64,000 nucleotides of DNA from a virus: UHGV virus genome UHGV-1550212; one strand, 5' to 3'. This document shows positions 29,156 through 38,800 of this stretch, in pieces. The first letter of the stretch is position 1. Every line of letters begins with the position of its first letter. The notes under the pieces were generated by a model. The model was given only the letters and a program-made list of their open reading frames with translations. It ran no database searches and had not been told where the DNA came from. Position numbers and translations under genes: made by a program.

Positions 29156-30214
29156 TTACTGCTTCAAGCCTGTGAACAGTTCATACTTGAATGCAGGCCC
29201 TGCTGTGTAAGCCTCAAAGTAGAAGTCACCAATATTGATGCTTGCAATAGCGTCATCGACAGCTTTCTTGTAGCCTACACGTTCAATTGTCTGCTTATCG
29301 CATTTACGCCAATATGTGCTGTGCATCATAAGCGTGGGTGATGCAGCATAGTCTACTGCAAGCTGTTGTTTTGCAGTGTCAATGTGATGTTCATAGATGT
29401 GCACATCATTGCCAGTCCAAATGAACTCTCTTGCCACACAGTTAGTCAATGTTGCAACAATATGTGTAAGCAATGCATATGATGCGATATTGATGGGCAC
29501 ACCAAGACACATGTCACAGCTACGCTGAGTAAGCGCACAGTCAAGCCACATGCTTGGTACTTGAGCAGAATCAAGGCATTCTGCAGAACCATCATGCACA
29601 AGCATGCTATCATTAGCAATCTGAATTCGTTCTTCAAGAGTCATTGGCTGACAATTGAACTGAAACAGCATATGACATGGCGGCAATGCCATCTGAGACA
29701 TTTGCGCAGGATTCCATGCAGACACGACTTTGTAGCGGCCAGTTGGATTGATGACAATGTCTTTAATGCAAGTTGCAAGTTGGTCAAATCCACTGTCATT
29801 GAAGTTGCGCCACTGATACCCATAGATAGGTCCGCAATCACCATACTCAGGTTTGCTGAATTTTGTGTTGTGCAGTTCTGTGCACCAAGTGTCAAAGTCG
29901 ACATCTTCACCTGGATGCAGCTTTTGCCAATGACGATATGCATCCTGATGCCAGAACTTTGTAATGCCAAGCGTGTCAAGCGTTTTGACATTAGTGTCAC
30001 CTGACATAAACCACAGAAGTTCTCCAATGACGCCTTTGACAAACATTCTCTTGGATGTCAACAGTGGAAAGCCTTTACGCAAATCAAATCGCATTGATTC
30101 TACAAACAATGACTTTGTGCGAGGCATGTTTTCACGAGCAGGTTCCTTAAATCTGCCATGCTCAATAACATTATTAAGTACTCTCAAGTACTCAGTGTCG
30201 TGTTTGATATTCAT
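29156..30214 (-). CDS. thyA: thymidylate synthase (ThyA family, dUMP-specific type)
   Basis: ThyA blocks GELLWFMSGDTN, GPIYGYQWR, SAWNPAQMSQMALPPCH, QRSCDMCLGVPINIASYALL (Asn retained), WTGNDVHIY; ~60-aa C-terminal extension. Confidence 0.85.
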   Translation of the reverse strand: MNIKHDTEYLRVLNNVIEHGRFKEPARENMPRTKSLFVESMRFDLRKGFPLLTSKRMFVKGVIGELLWFMSGDTNVKTLDTLGITKFWHQDAYRHWQKLHPGEDVDFDTWCTELHNTKFSKPEYGDCGPIYGYQWRNFNDSGFDQLATCIKDIVINPTGRYKVVSAWNPAQMSQMALPPCHMLFQFNCQPMTLEERIQIANDSMLVHDGSAECLDSAQVPSMWLDCALTQRSCDMCLGVPINIASYALLTHIVATLTNCVAREFIWTGNDVHIYEHHIDTAKQQLAVDYAASPTLMMHSTYWRKCDKQTIERVGYKKAVDDAIASINIGDFYFEAYTAGPAFKYELFTGLKQ

Positions 30215-30875
30215 GAATGGGATGTTTATGAGTGTCTAATGATATGTCTGAGAATTCATATGCATACTTTGATATTGCAACACCATTTGCGTCTTCAAAT
30301 GCTTCTGTAAAGTTGCTGTCAATCCATCGTTTGACAGACTTAACTCCGCCTAAATGACATGCTGCAAGCAATGATGCTTCGGTTATTATAAATGCGCTAT
30401 CATTGTATGTCGCTTTACGCCCAATTGCGTCATAGCAATTGTAGTGCTGCAGCAATTCTTGTTGACGTTCAAGTAGCATATGCTGTGCCGCAATCTGCTT
30501 TGTAGAATCTTTGGCAATTTCTTGCAGTGACCAAGTCAATCCTTTGTATCGTACCAAGTCATCATGAGCAATCTTTGTTAGCTGCCATCGCCCTGTTGCG
30601 CCAAATCGATTTGTGATATGCCAACGATTACGAGATTCAAGATAGCCCAGCTTGTCTAAGTATTCTGCAAAGCTGCAAGTTTCTGGTTCAGTGACGTCTA
30701 ACAAGACGTGTACATTTGACAAATTTGCGACTGGCGCATATGTGACATGTTTTGTTGCAGTGCAATCACATAATGTCGGCCATGCAATGATAAAAGCAAC
30801 ACCAATTTTGATGAGCGATTCACATAATCTTATCATTTGTTTGAAATTAGTGAAGAGCACTTGCAGGCAGCTCAA
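30192..30875 (-). CDS. membrane-anchored lytic transglycosylase-like (SLT domain) protein
   Basis: YLESRNRWHITNRFGATGRWQL resembles the SLT motif ES..N..A.S..GA.GLMQ; N-terminal hydrophobic anchor. Confidence 0.5.
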   Translation of the reverse strand: MSCLQVLFTNFKQMIRLCESLIKIGVAFIIAWPTLCDCTATKHVTYAPVANLSNVHVLLDVTEPETCSFAEYLDKLGYLESRNRWHITNRFGATGRWQLTKIAHDDLVRYKGLTWSLQEIAKDSTKQIAAQHMLLERQQELLQHYNCYDAIGRKATYNDSAFIITEASLLAACHLGGVKSVKRWIDSNFTEAFEDANGVAISKYAYEFSDISLDTHKHPIHEYQTRH

Positions 30876-30901
30876 TCTCCTGACAGTACACTGTCATGCA
30901 A

Positions 30902-32779
30902 TCAAAAGCCTGCAAAGAAATCAGCATCAGCAGCATCTTGCTGAGGTGTCGACTCTTGTTCAATCACAAATCGACTGTGCAACTTTTGATTATGTTTTAT
31001 GTATGGCATAATGCGCCGGATTGATTCGTCAATGACAAATGTTTCACACCAGTCATTTGCATGTCGAATGCCTCGACCAACTGACTGTACGAAGCTTTGA
31101 TAGCACTTGTTGCGATACCAGCTTTCGTGATTTGCAGCCTTTGTTTTTACTACGATATCACCAAGTGACTGCCAAGGTAATTTTGCAACAATTTGACATC
31201 TACAACGATTGTCTGGTAAGTCAACGCCTTCAGTAATGCTAAAGCCTACAAGTACGTAGTTAGTGCCATCAGCAAGCATTGCAAGTTTATTTTGTTTGTC
31301 TTCAGCATTGACATATGTCAGCATTCTGCGTTTGTGCTTGCTGTTGTTGATGATATAGTTTGCAATGTCTCGTGTTGATGTGTGTATGATACAGTTGCAG
31401 TCATGTGTATCAAGAATGCTGTCAATCTTCTCAACAAGTCGAGGCATATTTGCTGCTTTATTCTTGTAGCTCAATGACAACGCAGGTTTGCACAGTACAA
31501 TGGGCGATTTGCTAAAATCCCAATCAGGCTCCATGTAGAATGCTACATAGTTTTTGATGCCATTGAGCGTAGCAAATGTATCAATGTCACCAATTGTCGC
31601 TGACATCCACAATTGTGCATGCGTAGCATCACTATGATGCACCAGTGTATTTGCAAGAAGCTCATCATTGACACATTTGAATTGCAAGCTGTTTGTTGCA
31701 GCATCAAGTACTACAAGCATGTCACCAGGTGATTGTTCAGTTGCATCAAGCATTGTAATGATTGAATATGACAACGTATCACAGCTGGCAACAAAGCGAA
31801 TGAACGCTTTCTCAAATTGACCAAGCATTTTGCCTGAATCCTGAAGTTCACGTAGCTTTTCATATGCAGTATGCAAAAAGTCTACAAGTTCTGACAACTG
31901 CTGTGCAAGCACTCTTGCTTCTGCTCGCATTGTTGCAATGTCATATTGTGTTGTTGCAAGCTTAATGACTGCTTTGACTTGTGCAAACACATTGTTGCGA
32001 AGTTCTACATATTTGTTCTGATTTTCAAGAGTCATGATACCTGCAATCAGTGACTCGGCCTTTGTGCAATTCTGAATGAATCGAGGACCAATTGACGTGT
32101 CAAGAAAGCCTGACAAAATGTCATCAATCTTATGGCACTCATCGAATATCGTCAATTCACGAGGCCCAAACAAGTTTTTGACGCAATTAACTTGTATCAA
32201 CCAGTACGCATAGTTAAGCACTGTGCAATTTGCTGCGGCAGCCTTTTGACGAGTCTGCAAATATGCGCATTTAGGTCCACATGGCAATGCAAGAGCTTTC
32301 TTTGATGACAACCCGTCTTGTTGGCATTTGCCCATACTGAATGGCAGACCATTGACATGACAAATGTAATTGTCTCGACCTTTGAGCATTACACAACTTC
32401 TGAATGCTGAAGTAGTTGTGTCTGCTTTAGCATTGTTGTCGTACAAATATTGTTGAATGAACTTGTCATACTGGTCTTGCAGCAGTTTATCAGAAGTCAG
32501 CACATACGACTTGAAGAATGTTGCGCAAAACATCGCAACCACAGATTTTCCCGTTCCAGTCGCTCCCTGCAATATGACATGTTGCCCATTTGCAATTGCT
32601 CGAATAATGTCGATGATTAGATGACGCTGAGTTGCATCAAAACGCGCTTGGTCCCACTTGCATGTCTTTGATTGCGCAAGATATGCTGAGAATTTATCAA
32701 TATGTGCTACAATAAGCTCATCAAGTTCTTGCTGAGATTGCTCTTCTGTCTTATGTTCTGCTGGTGTTAGTCTACCCAT
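30902..32779 (-). CDS. Rad3/XPD/DinG-like SF2 DNA helicase (Fe-S type)
   Basis: Walker A GATGTGKS, DECH box, four-Cys cluster between motifs (CHVNG...C...C...C), motif VI QSVGRGIRH; preceded by promoter and conserved leader element. Confidence 0.75.
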   Translation of the reverse strand: MGRLTPAEHKTEEQSQQELDELIVAHIDKFSAYLAQSKTCKWDQARFDATQRHLIIDIIRAIANGQHVILQGATGTGKSVVAMFCATFFKSYVLTSDKLLQDQYDKFIQQYLYDNNAKADTTTSAFRSCVMLKGRDNYICHVNGLPFSMGKCQQDGLSSKKALALPCGPKCAYLQTRQKAAAANCTVLNYAYWLIQVNCVKNLFGPRELTIFDECHKIDDILSGFLDTSIGPRFIQNCTKAESLIAGIMTLENQNKYVELRNNVFAQVKAVIKLATTQYDIATMRAEARVLAQQLSELVDFLHTAYEKLRELQDSGKMLGQFEKAFIRFVASCDTLSYSIITMLDATEQSPGDMLVVLDAATNSLQFKCVNDELLANTLVHHSDATHAQLWMSATIGDIDTFATLNGIKNYVAFYMEPDWDFSKSPIVLCKPALSLSYKNKAANMPRLVEKIDSILDTHDCNCIIHTSTRDIANYIINNSKHKRRMLTYVNAEDKQNKLAMLADGTNYVLVGFSITEGVDLPDNRCRCQIVAKLPWQSLGDIVVKTKAANHESWYRNKCYQSFVQSVGRGIRHANDWCETFVIDESIRRIMPYIKHNQKLHSRFVIEQESTPQQDAADADFFAGF

Positions 32780-32827
32780 TCTAAATGAGATTTAGATTAT
32801 GTTCGAATATATGAGAACATATATTAT
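32779..32827 (-). promoter_or_regulatory. conserved structured leader element, copy 1
   Basis: ~48-bp element with two inverted repeats (ATGTTC-N10-GAACAT and CTAAAT-CTC-ATTTAG) ending at the ATG of the Rad3/DinG-like helicase. Confidence 0.5.
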
Positions 32828-32837
32828 TTGTAAAAAT

Positions 32838-32866
32838 ATAATACTACAATCAGCATACATTTGCAC
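32838..32866 (-). promoter_or_regulatory. sigma70-like promoter (GTGCAA-N17-TATTAT)
   Basis: Upstream of the Rad3/DinG-like helicase; leader contains the conserved element. Confidence 0.45.
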
Positions 32867-33018
32867 TTTGACATAACTGATTGATACTCAATCAGTTATG
32901 AGTTTATAAAAGTTTTCAAAAGTAGGGTGTTGTTGTTTGAGTAGAGTGTTGCTGATTCTGTCAGCTGTCTTGTTTGCGTTATCGATTGCTTGCAAACTGT
33001 CAGCTGTCATAGAACATC

Positions 33019-33056
33019 ACAAAAGCAAGCAGACTACAATTGCAGTCTGCTTGCTT
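33019..33056 (-). terminator. intrinsic terminator
   Basis: 13-bp stem AAGCAAGCAGACT/AGTCTGCTTGCTT, then UUUUG; near-identical palindrome recurs at 49383-49410. Confidence 0.55.
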
Positions 33057-33077
33057 TGACATAGTTGTAATGTGAGT

Positions 33078-33434
33078 CTACTTGCGCATAAACAATGCAG
33101 CAAGCCAATTCACTGGCTTGTCAATAAGCTGCTTCCACATAGTCCAATTGTACATGCCATGCGCAAACATTGTAAGAGCAAACAACAGCATGCACATTGA
33201 TACAAGCCAATCAGCAAATGGCATATTGCCCCATCGAATGTACTCGAAAATGCCAACTTTAACAAGCTGAGCAAACAAAATGAGCATTACAGCCATTGCA
33301 AGTCGCATCCAGACTACATATTGCTGAGTCTTATCTACAAACTTTGCAATCAATGCTGGCACAAAGTACATAATGTACGCAAACAGCAACAAGCAAAAGC
33401 CTGCATACAGCAGATTAGAAATAAAAGCTCCCAT
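33078..33434 (-). CDS. multi-pass membrane protein (holin-like?)
   Basis: 118 aa, 3-4 hydrophobic helices; terminator at 33019-33056. Confidence 0.5.
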   Translation of the reverse strand: MGAFISNLLYAGFCLLLFAYIMYFVPALIAKFVDKTQQYVVWMRLAMAVMLILFAQLVKVGIFEYIRWGNMPFADWLVSMCMLLFALTMFAHGMYNWTMWKQLIDKPVNWLAALFMRK

Positions 33435-33437
33435 ATT

Positions 33438-34319
33438 TTATCGTTTGAATTTGATGAAGTGTTCAGCATCAAGGCCCTCAAATATGTACGGGTCAAGAGT
33501 TTCCCAGAAGTTTGAGTATGTCGTTGTCTTTGCAATACTTGTCTGCTTTGACAAGTTCATGTTTGGATAGCCAAGCATTGCATAGTGTCGCTCATATATG
33601 TGCATTGACGTTGCATTATGCATATAAGCGCCAAGCTTAAGACCAAGTTCATTTGCGACAAGTTCTTGCAACAAAGTGAATGCAAACTGGTCGTTACAGA
33701 AGCCCCAAATGACATCATTGCTTCGCATATATGTTGTCAAGTACAGCTTATCACCACGAACATTGAAAACAAGATTCAATGTGCACGGCATATCTTTGCC
33801 AGTGTAGTTTGCATATTGCGGCTCATAAATGCTAATAACTGCTCGTCTTGTGCATTCATGATTTCGCAAACGTTCAATGACATCTGCAATCTGCTTGTGC
33901 CAAATTGCGCCATACTGTGAATTGACATTGACGCCATCATCACTGAACTGCTTCCAACGAGGCAAATAACGTTCAATGCATTCAACTGCAGGATTGGCTG
34001 TCATATACCATGCAAATTCTGCAGCAGCATTGAGCTTTTTCCATGGTCGTACATCAATCTTGATTTGTCGCTGTGAAGGGTCCTGAATAACTACAGACAC
34101 ATTCAGCAATTCTTTTGTTCGAGTCACTGTTTGTGCATTGTTGCCCTTTGATTCTACAAACTCACCTCTACAATGAAGTTCATACAAAATTGAGCGAAAT
34201 GCTTCTGTTGCAGTGTTTTCAACGATTGTCGTCTGTTGATAGCATAAATTTGACGACAATGCTTCAGCATCATTGTACTTTATGCTGTCATTGTCATAAG
34301 GTGAATTTTTTGTGTGCAT
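33438..34319 (-). CDS. ThyA-family pyrimidine hydroxymethylase/methylase, cytosine-specific type (dCMP hydroxymethylase-like)
   Basis: ThyA-like blocks EFAWYMTANP, YGAIWHKQ, TRRAVISIYEP, DMPCT (catalytic Cys), YMRSNDVIWGFCNDQFAF where the ThyA Asn aligns with Asp; start trimmed to 34319 to avoid a 116-nt overlap. Confidence 0.55.
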   Translation of the reverse strand: MHTKNSPYDNDSIKYNDAEALSSNLCYQQTTIVENTATEAFRSILYELHCRGEFVESKGNNAQTVTRTKELLNVSVVIQDPSQRQIKIDVRPWKKLNAAAEFAWYMTANPAVECIERYLPRWKQFSDDGVNVNSQYGAIWHKQIADVIERLRNHECTRRAVISIYEPQYANYTGKDMPCTLNLVFNVRGDKLYLTTYMRSNDVIWGFCNDQFAFTLLQELVANELGLKLGAYMHNATSMHIYERHYAMLGYPNMNLSKQTSIAKTTTYSNFWETLDPYIFEGLDAEHFIKFKR

Positions 34320-34344
34320 ATTTTGGGATGTTTGTTTTTTATTA

Positions 34345-35439
34345 TCATACAACGATAGTATCTCGTTTGCAATCTGTTTTGTCAAATATTGAACAACAAT
34401 ACGATGCAGATTGTTCTTTGATTTCAAGAGCTTCATCATTATCAAGTGATGAAATGCCATCTATGTATGCTTTTGCATTGCCAGCAATGTCATCATTTGT
34501 TAACAACGCTGCACGACGTTCAGTGCCAAAGAAGCCAAAGCACAATTGATGTTGCAGTGCTTCACGAGAAGTCTTGTCATCAAACTCTGATTTCATGTGT
34601 TGCATAAATTCGACAATATCATCAATGTCGCATTGAGTAAAGTCAATGCACAATTTATGCATGTACTTGAATCGTTTGTAGTCTGTTGCAAGAATTTCTG
34701 GGTGCACAATGAACAACGTCTTTTTGCTGTCTATTGGATTTGCAATGACTGATGCTTGAACATAATCGACAAGCATACCAGATTCACGAAGTTGCTCAAT
34801 TGTTTTGCCAAACACATGCCCAAGCGTGTCATCAAACCACTTCAAGTATGCTTCACTGTCTTCATCTTTTGACGCGCCAACAATGTAAATCTCATTGACT
34901 CCAAGTGCTTTGAGACGAGTATCAGACAACATAGTATTCAATTGATGCTGCACGTACAGCATTGGGCTGCTATGCAAAACCGTTTTAACAATCTCACAAG
35001 CAATGTCCATATATGCATAGTCAAGCTTTGCAGATTTTGACACATACACTGCACGTTGCTGCAATGGCTCAATTGCCGAGCATGTAGTTACAAAGTTGCC
35101 AACACATTCTGCTACTGCAATGTCATGCAAGTCATCTGCAATGTACACAATACTTGACAAGTCATCAAATGTTTGAACAAGTTGCTGAAGCTTTGTTTTG
35201 TAATTGCAGAGCATCAATGACTTGATGTTGCAATTACTTAGCATTGTCTTGATGAGTCGTTGACCTGCTTCAGTGCTGTCACCAGAAATGACATGCACAT
35301 CGCAGTCAAACCAGTTCAGCATGTCAATTGCATGCCGAACACCATATTGCATTTGTTTTGCAAACTTACCAGATTCATTGAACAGCATTTCACCTGACAT
35401 AATGCCGTCAAAGTCACATACGATTTGAAGTCTGTCCAT
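34345..35439 (-). CDS. HAD-superfamily (KdsC-like) sugar-phosphate phosphatase domain protein with unknown C-terminal domain
   Basis: IVCDFDGIMSGEMLFNESGKF (DxDG motif I), VHVISGDS, YIADDLHDIAV (motif IV), resembling KdsC/YrbI-type phosphatases. Confidence 0.5.
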   Translation of the reverse strand: MDRLQIVCDFDGIMSGEMLFNESGKFAKQMQYGVRHAIDMLNWFDCDVHVISGDSTEAGQRLIKTMLSNCNIKSLMLCNYKTKLQQLVQTFDDLSSIVYIADDLHDIAVAECVGNFVTTCSAIEPLQQRAVYVSKSAKLDYAYMDIACEIVKTVLHSSPMLYVQHQLNTMLSDTRLKALGVNEIYIVGASKDEDSEAYLKWFDDTLGHVFGKTIEQLRESGMLVDYVQASVIANPIDSKKTLFIVHPEILATDYKRFKYMHKLCIDFTQCDIDDIVEFMQHMKSEFDDKTSREALQHQLCFGFFGTERRAALLTNDDIAGNAKAYIDGISSLDNDEALEIKEQSASYCCSIFDKTDCKRDTIVV

Positions 35440-35443
35440 GCTG

Positions 35444-35749
35444 CTACAATTTTGAAGTTAAGTCAATTCGAATTTTGTCTGCATTGCTTTGGTCTACAAA
35501 TCTGTCATCAAAGAAACATTCAACTACGACAAGCTTCTTTGAATTCACAAATTCAATTAGCGATTTTTGCATTGCATCAAGCTGTTTCATGCATTTGCAA
35601 AAACTGCTGTATGACATGATTTGCTTTGGTGACATATCAAATGCATCCGCAATTCGCTGATGAGCAATCTTTTTTGATGTTGCAATAATGACATCTGCTT
35701 TGTTATCATTTGCATGATTGCCAAATATCGCAATATGATAAACTTTCAT
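35444..35749 (-). CDS. hypothetical protein
   Basis: Start set to ATG at 35749 (MKVYHIAIFG...); alternative start at 35776. Confidence 0.4.
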   Translation of the reverse strand: MKVYHIAIFGNHANDNKADVIIATSKKIAHQRIADAFDMSPKQIMSYSSFCKCMKQLDAMQKSLIEFVNSKKLVVVECFFDDRFVDQSNADKIRIDLTSKL

Positions 35750-35803
35750 TGTATGAGTGATTTTACTGTTATACATTTATGTTATATATGCACATTGTGC
35801 CAG

Positions 35804-38800
35804 TTAACAAATTGATGATGTGCCATCAGTGTTTGCTACAACTGTCAATGCGCTATCAAACTCATCTTGCTGTAACACATGGTCAACTATGAGTGTTTTG
35901 CGAATTGCAGAAAGCTTAGTAAGCAACTGCATCAACACTTGCTGATAATTGATGGTGTTGACGTCATGCTCAGCGCCAACAATCTGCCCGTTGCTAAGCT
36001 TGCCGCTAATTTCATCAATGAGCAAGATGTTGCCAACTTTGTTTAAGCGTTGAGTCAAAATGAGATGCACGATTGCAAGACCTGCGAAAGTCCCTTCCAT
36101 ACCAGACATTTGACTTACACTTCGAATTGACTTCGAGCCCATCAAGTCAATCATCTTTAGCACATTGTTGTCATTGATGTCAAAGAACACTCGGTAGTTC
36201 AATGAATCAAGCAAATCATTGAGCTGTGCATTCAGTGATGTTGCAATTGCTGCAAAGACATATGAAACTAAGCCTCGTTTGCTTGTGCACTGCTTATATG
36301 CATTGTACACCAAGTTTGCAATGTTCCACTTTTTCGAAGCTTGCAAATCTTTCTTGAGAGCTTCAATTCGCACATTGTTTGCTGACAAGTCTGCTTGCAT
36401 TGTTGCAATTTCTGCATTGATGCTTAGCAGTTTTGAGTTTGCTTCAGTTTCATGCTGCTTAGCATCATCAATGTCGACTTGCAATGCAGCGTTTGCCACA
36501 ATATGCTGCTGAGTTTGCTGTGCATGTTCAAGTGCAAATGCTGCAGCAGTCTTGTCAATCTCAAGTTGTTTAAGAGTAGACTCATATGATGCTTTCTTAT
36601 CATATTCTGCTTGAGCAATTTCAAGTTCAGCATTTATTGCAGCCAGTTCTGATTCTACTGCAGATTTTGATTGCAATACATCTTGCTTTGCTTGTTCAGC
36701 TTTACGTTTGATGTCTGCAAGTTGATTTGTGATATCTGCAATTTGCGTTTTGACTGCTTCAACTTCAAGCAATGTTGCTGCAGTAGCCATTGGCTGTGCA
36801 ATGAATGCATCCAAGTCTCTTTGCGCATTGACTACAGTTCTTTGCAAGTCATTAAGCTTTTCTGCATGCATATCATATGCAGCTTTATGTGCTGTATTCA
36901 GTGCAGCAATTATTGCATTTGAATCTGTGACATCAATGATTGCTGCTTGCAATTGCTCAATCTCATACTTCAAATTGCCAATTTTGACAACATTCTCATT
37001 GAATTGCTCTGTCTTTTGCGCGTATTCTTGACGCAACTTAGCAAGCTCAGTTGACAACCACAGCTTGTATGCTTGCCCTGTGCCAGATGTCAAATCATTT
37101 GTGCACACAGGACATTTATCATTTTCAAGTTGCTTTTGCTTGTCTATAACATTGTCGATGTTTGTTTTTGCAGCAGATACTTCTGTTCTAAGTGCATTTT
37201 GAACAGTGTTGATGTCTTCAATTTGCTTTTGCAAAGCATCTATTTTTGCCCGAGTGTCTGCATTATATGACTTGCCAAGATTTACCAGCACAGAATCAAT
37301 GCGCTGCTTTGCTGCATCATATGCAAGCTTTGATTCATCAAGCTTTGTTCTGTACAATGATTCTGCATGCGCAACTTCTTTCTGCACTTTTGCAGATAGC
37401 TCATTCTGTTTTGTAAGCAGCTCAGCATATGTATTGTGCAGCTGTGAGCCAGATGCTATGACATTTGTGTATGCTGCATTAGCTTCATTGTCAATATTAG
37501 TGAGTTGTTGCTCAATCTGCGCTTTTACTGTTTGCAATTTAGACATGTCTTGCAATGCAAGTGCAGCAATGTCAAGCTCAACTTTGCGAATCTTTGCAAC
37601 GATGCTATCGACATTTGCTGTTGCATCTTCTACAGTTAAAATATCTGCAGGAATTTGATGCAGTCTTTTTGAGAGCTCTTCTACTTTTGCACGTGCTTTT
37701 GTAAGTTTTGCAGACCATTCCCTTTGATTATCTTGTCGTAACTGCAAAGAGTCATTGAGTTCATTGCAAGTTGTATTGAGAGACTCAAGTTCTGCTTTTA
37801 TTGCGACATCAGTCAATGCGGGCTTACTAAGGCCATCAAACAATGCGGCCTTTGCAGCATCATTAGAATTGCCCAGTTGCACGAATGTGTTGATGCCAAG
37901 AGTATCAAGCAACCAGTCATTCAATGAATTTGAATCCATTGCAATGATTTGGTCAAGTAATGTCTGATTGATGCAGACATATCGCGACAATTCCCAGATA
38001 GAACCAAAGATTGCGTATAGCGTGTCTTTGATTTCATGCTGTGGCACTACGTAGTCATCTGACAATCTTACAAGCTGCACAGTCTCATTGACTGCTGACA
38101 CGTTATCTCGCCATGAGCCATCTGCATTTATTCGAGAGCCCCGTTTGAATCTACGTTCAAGTGTTCGAGTTAATTTGTAGTGAACATTTTGACCAGCTAC
38201 TACATGTACAAATACACAAGATGCTTCAAGCTTATCATATGACTCATTGTCAATCAATTTGTCATTGAAGTATGTCAAAGCGTTCTGCTTTGTTGCTGCA
38301 GAAGACTGTCCAGCGTCAATAAAGCCAGTCAGCAGCCATTTAATGAGTCTGAAGATTGTTGTTTTGCCATTGCCGTTGTTGCCTCTAACTTGTGTAAGCT
38401 GTGCAAGATTGTCAAAGCTGACATCGACATCTTTCAATGCCATGAACTGATTTGCTTTGACATTTTGAATGACGTATTTTGCAACTTCAGTGTCAAAAGA
38501 CAATTTATCAATTTGCTCATCAATCAATGACTTGAACATGTCAACAAACTGCTGAGCGTCTTCAGTAGCAACTATAGCATTGCGTTCAATGTACGCATTG
38601 ACCCAGTCAAGTGCAGCATCTTTAAGCCATTCAGCAGTTTGAACTTTTTGCAGCAAATTGTCGCCATTTGCATCTACAGCATTGATTGAATCAATGACAG
38701 CAGAATCATACAGAATGTCAATTGCGGCAACAACGTATGAACTTACAAGATTCTGTGCAATGCGCTCAACAATGCCAGACAGTTCGGGCTTTGTGACCTT

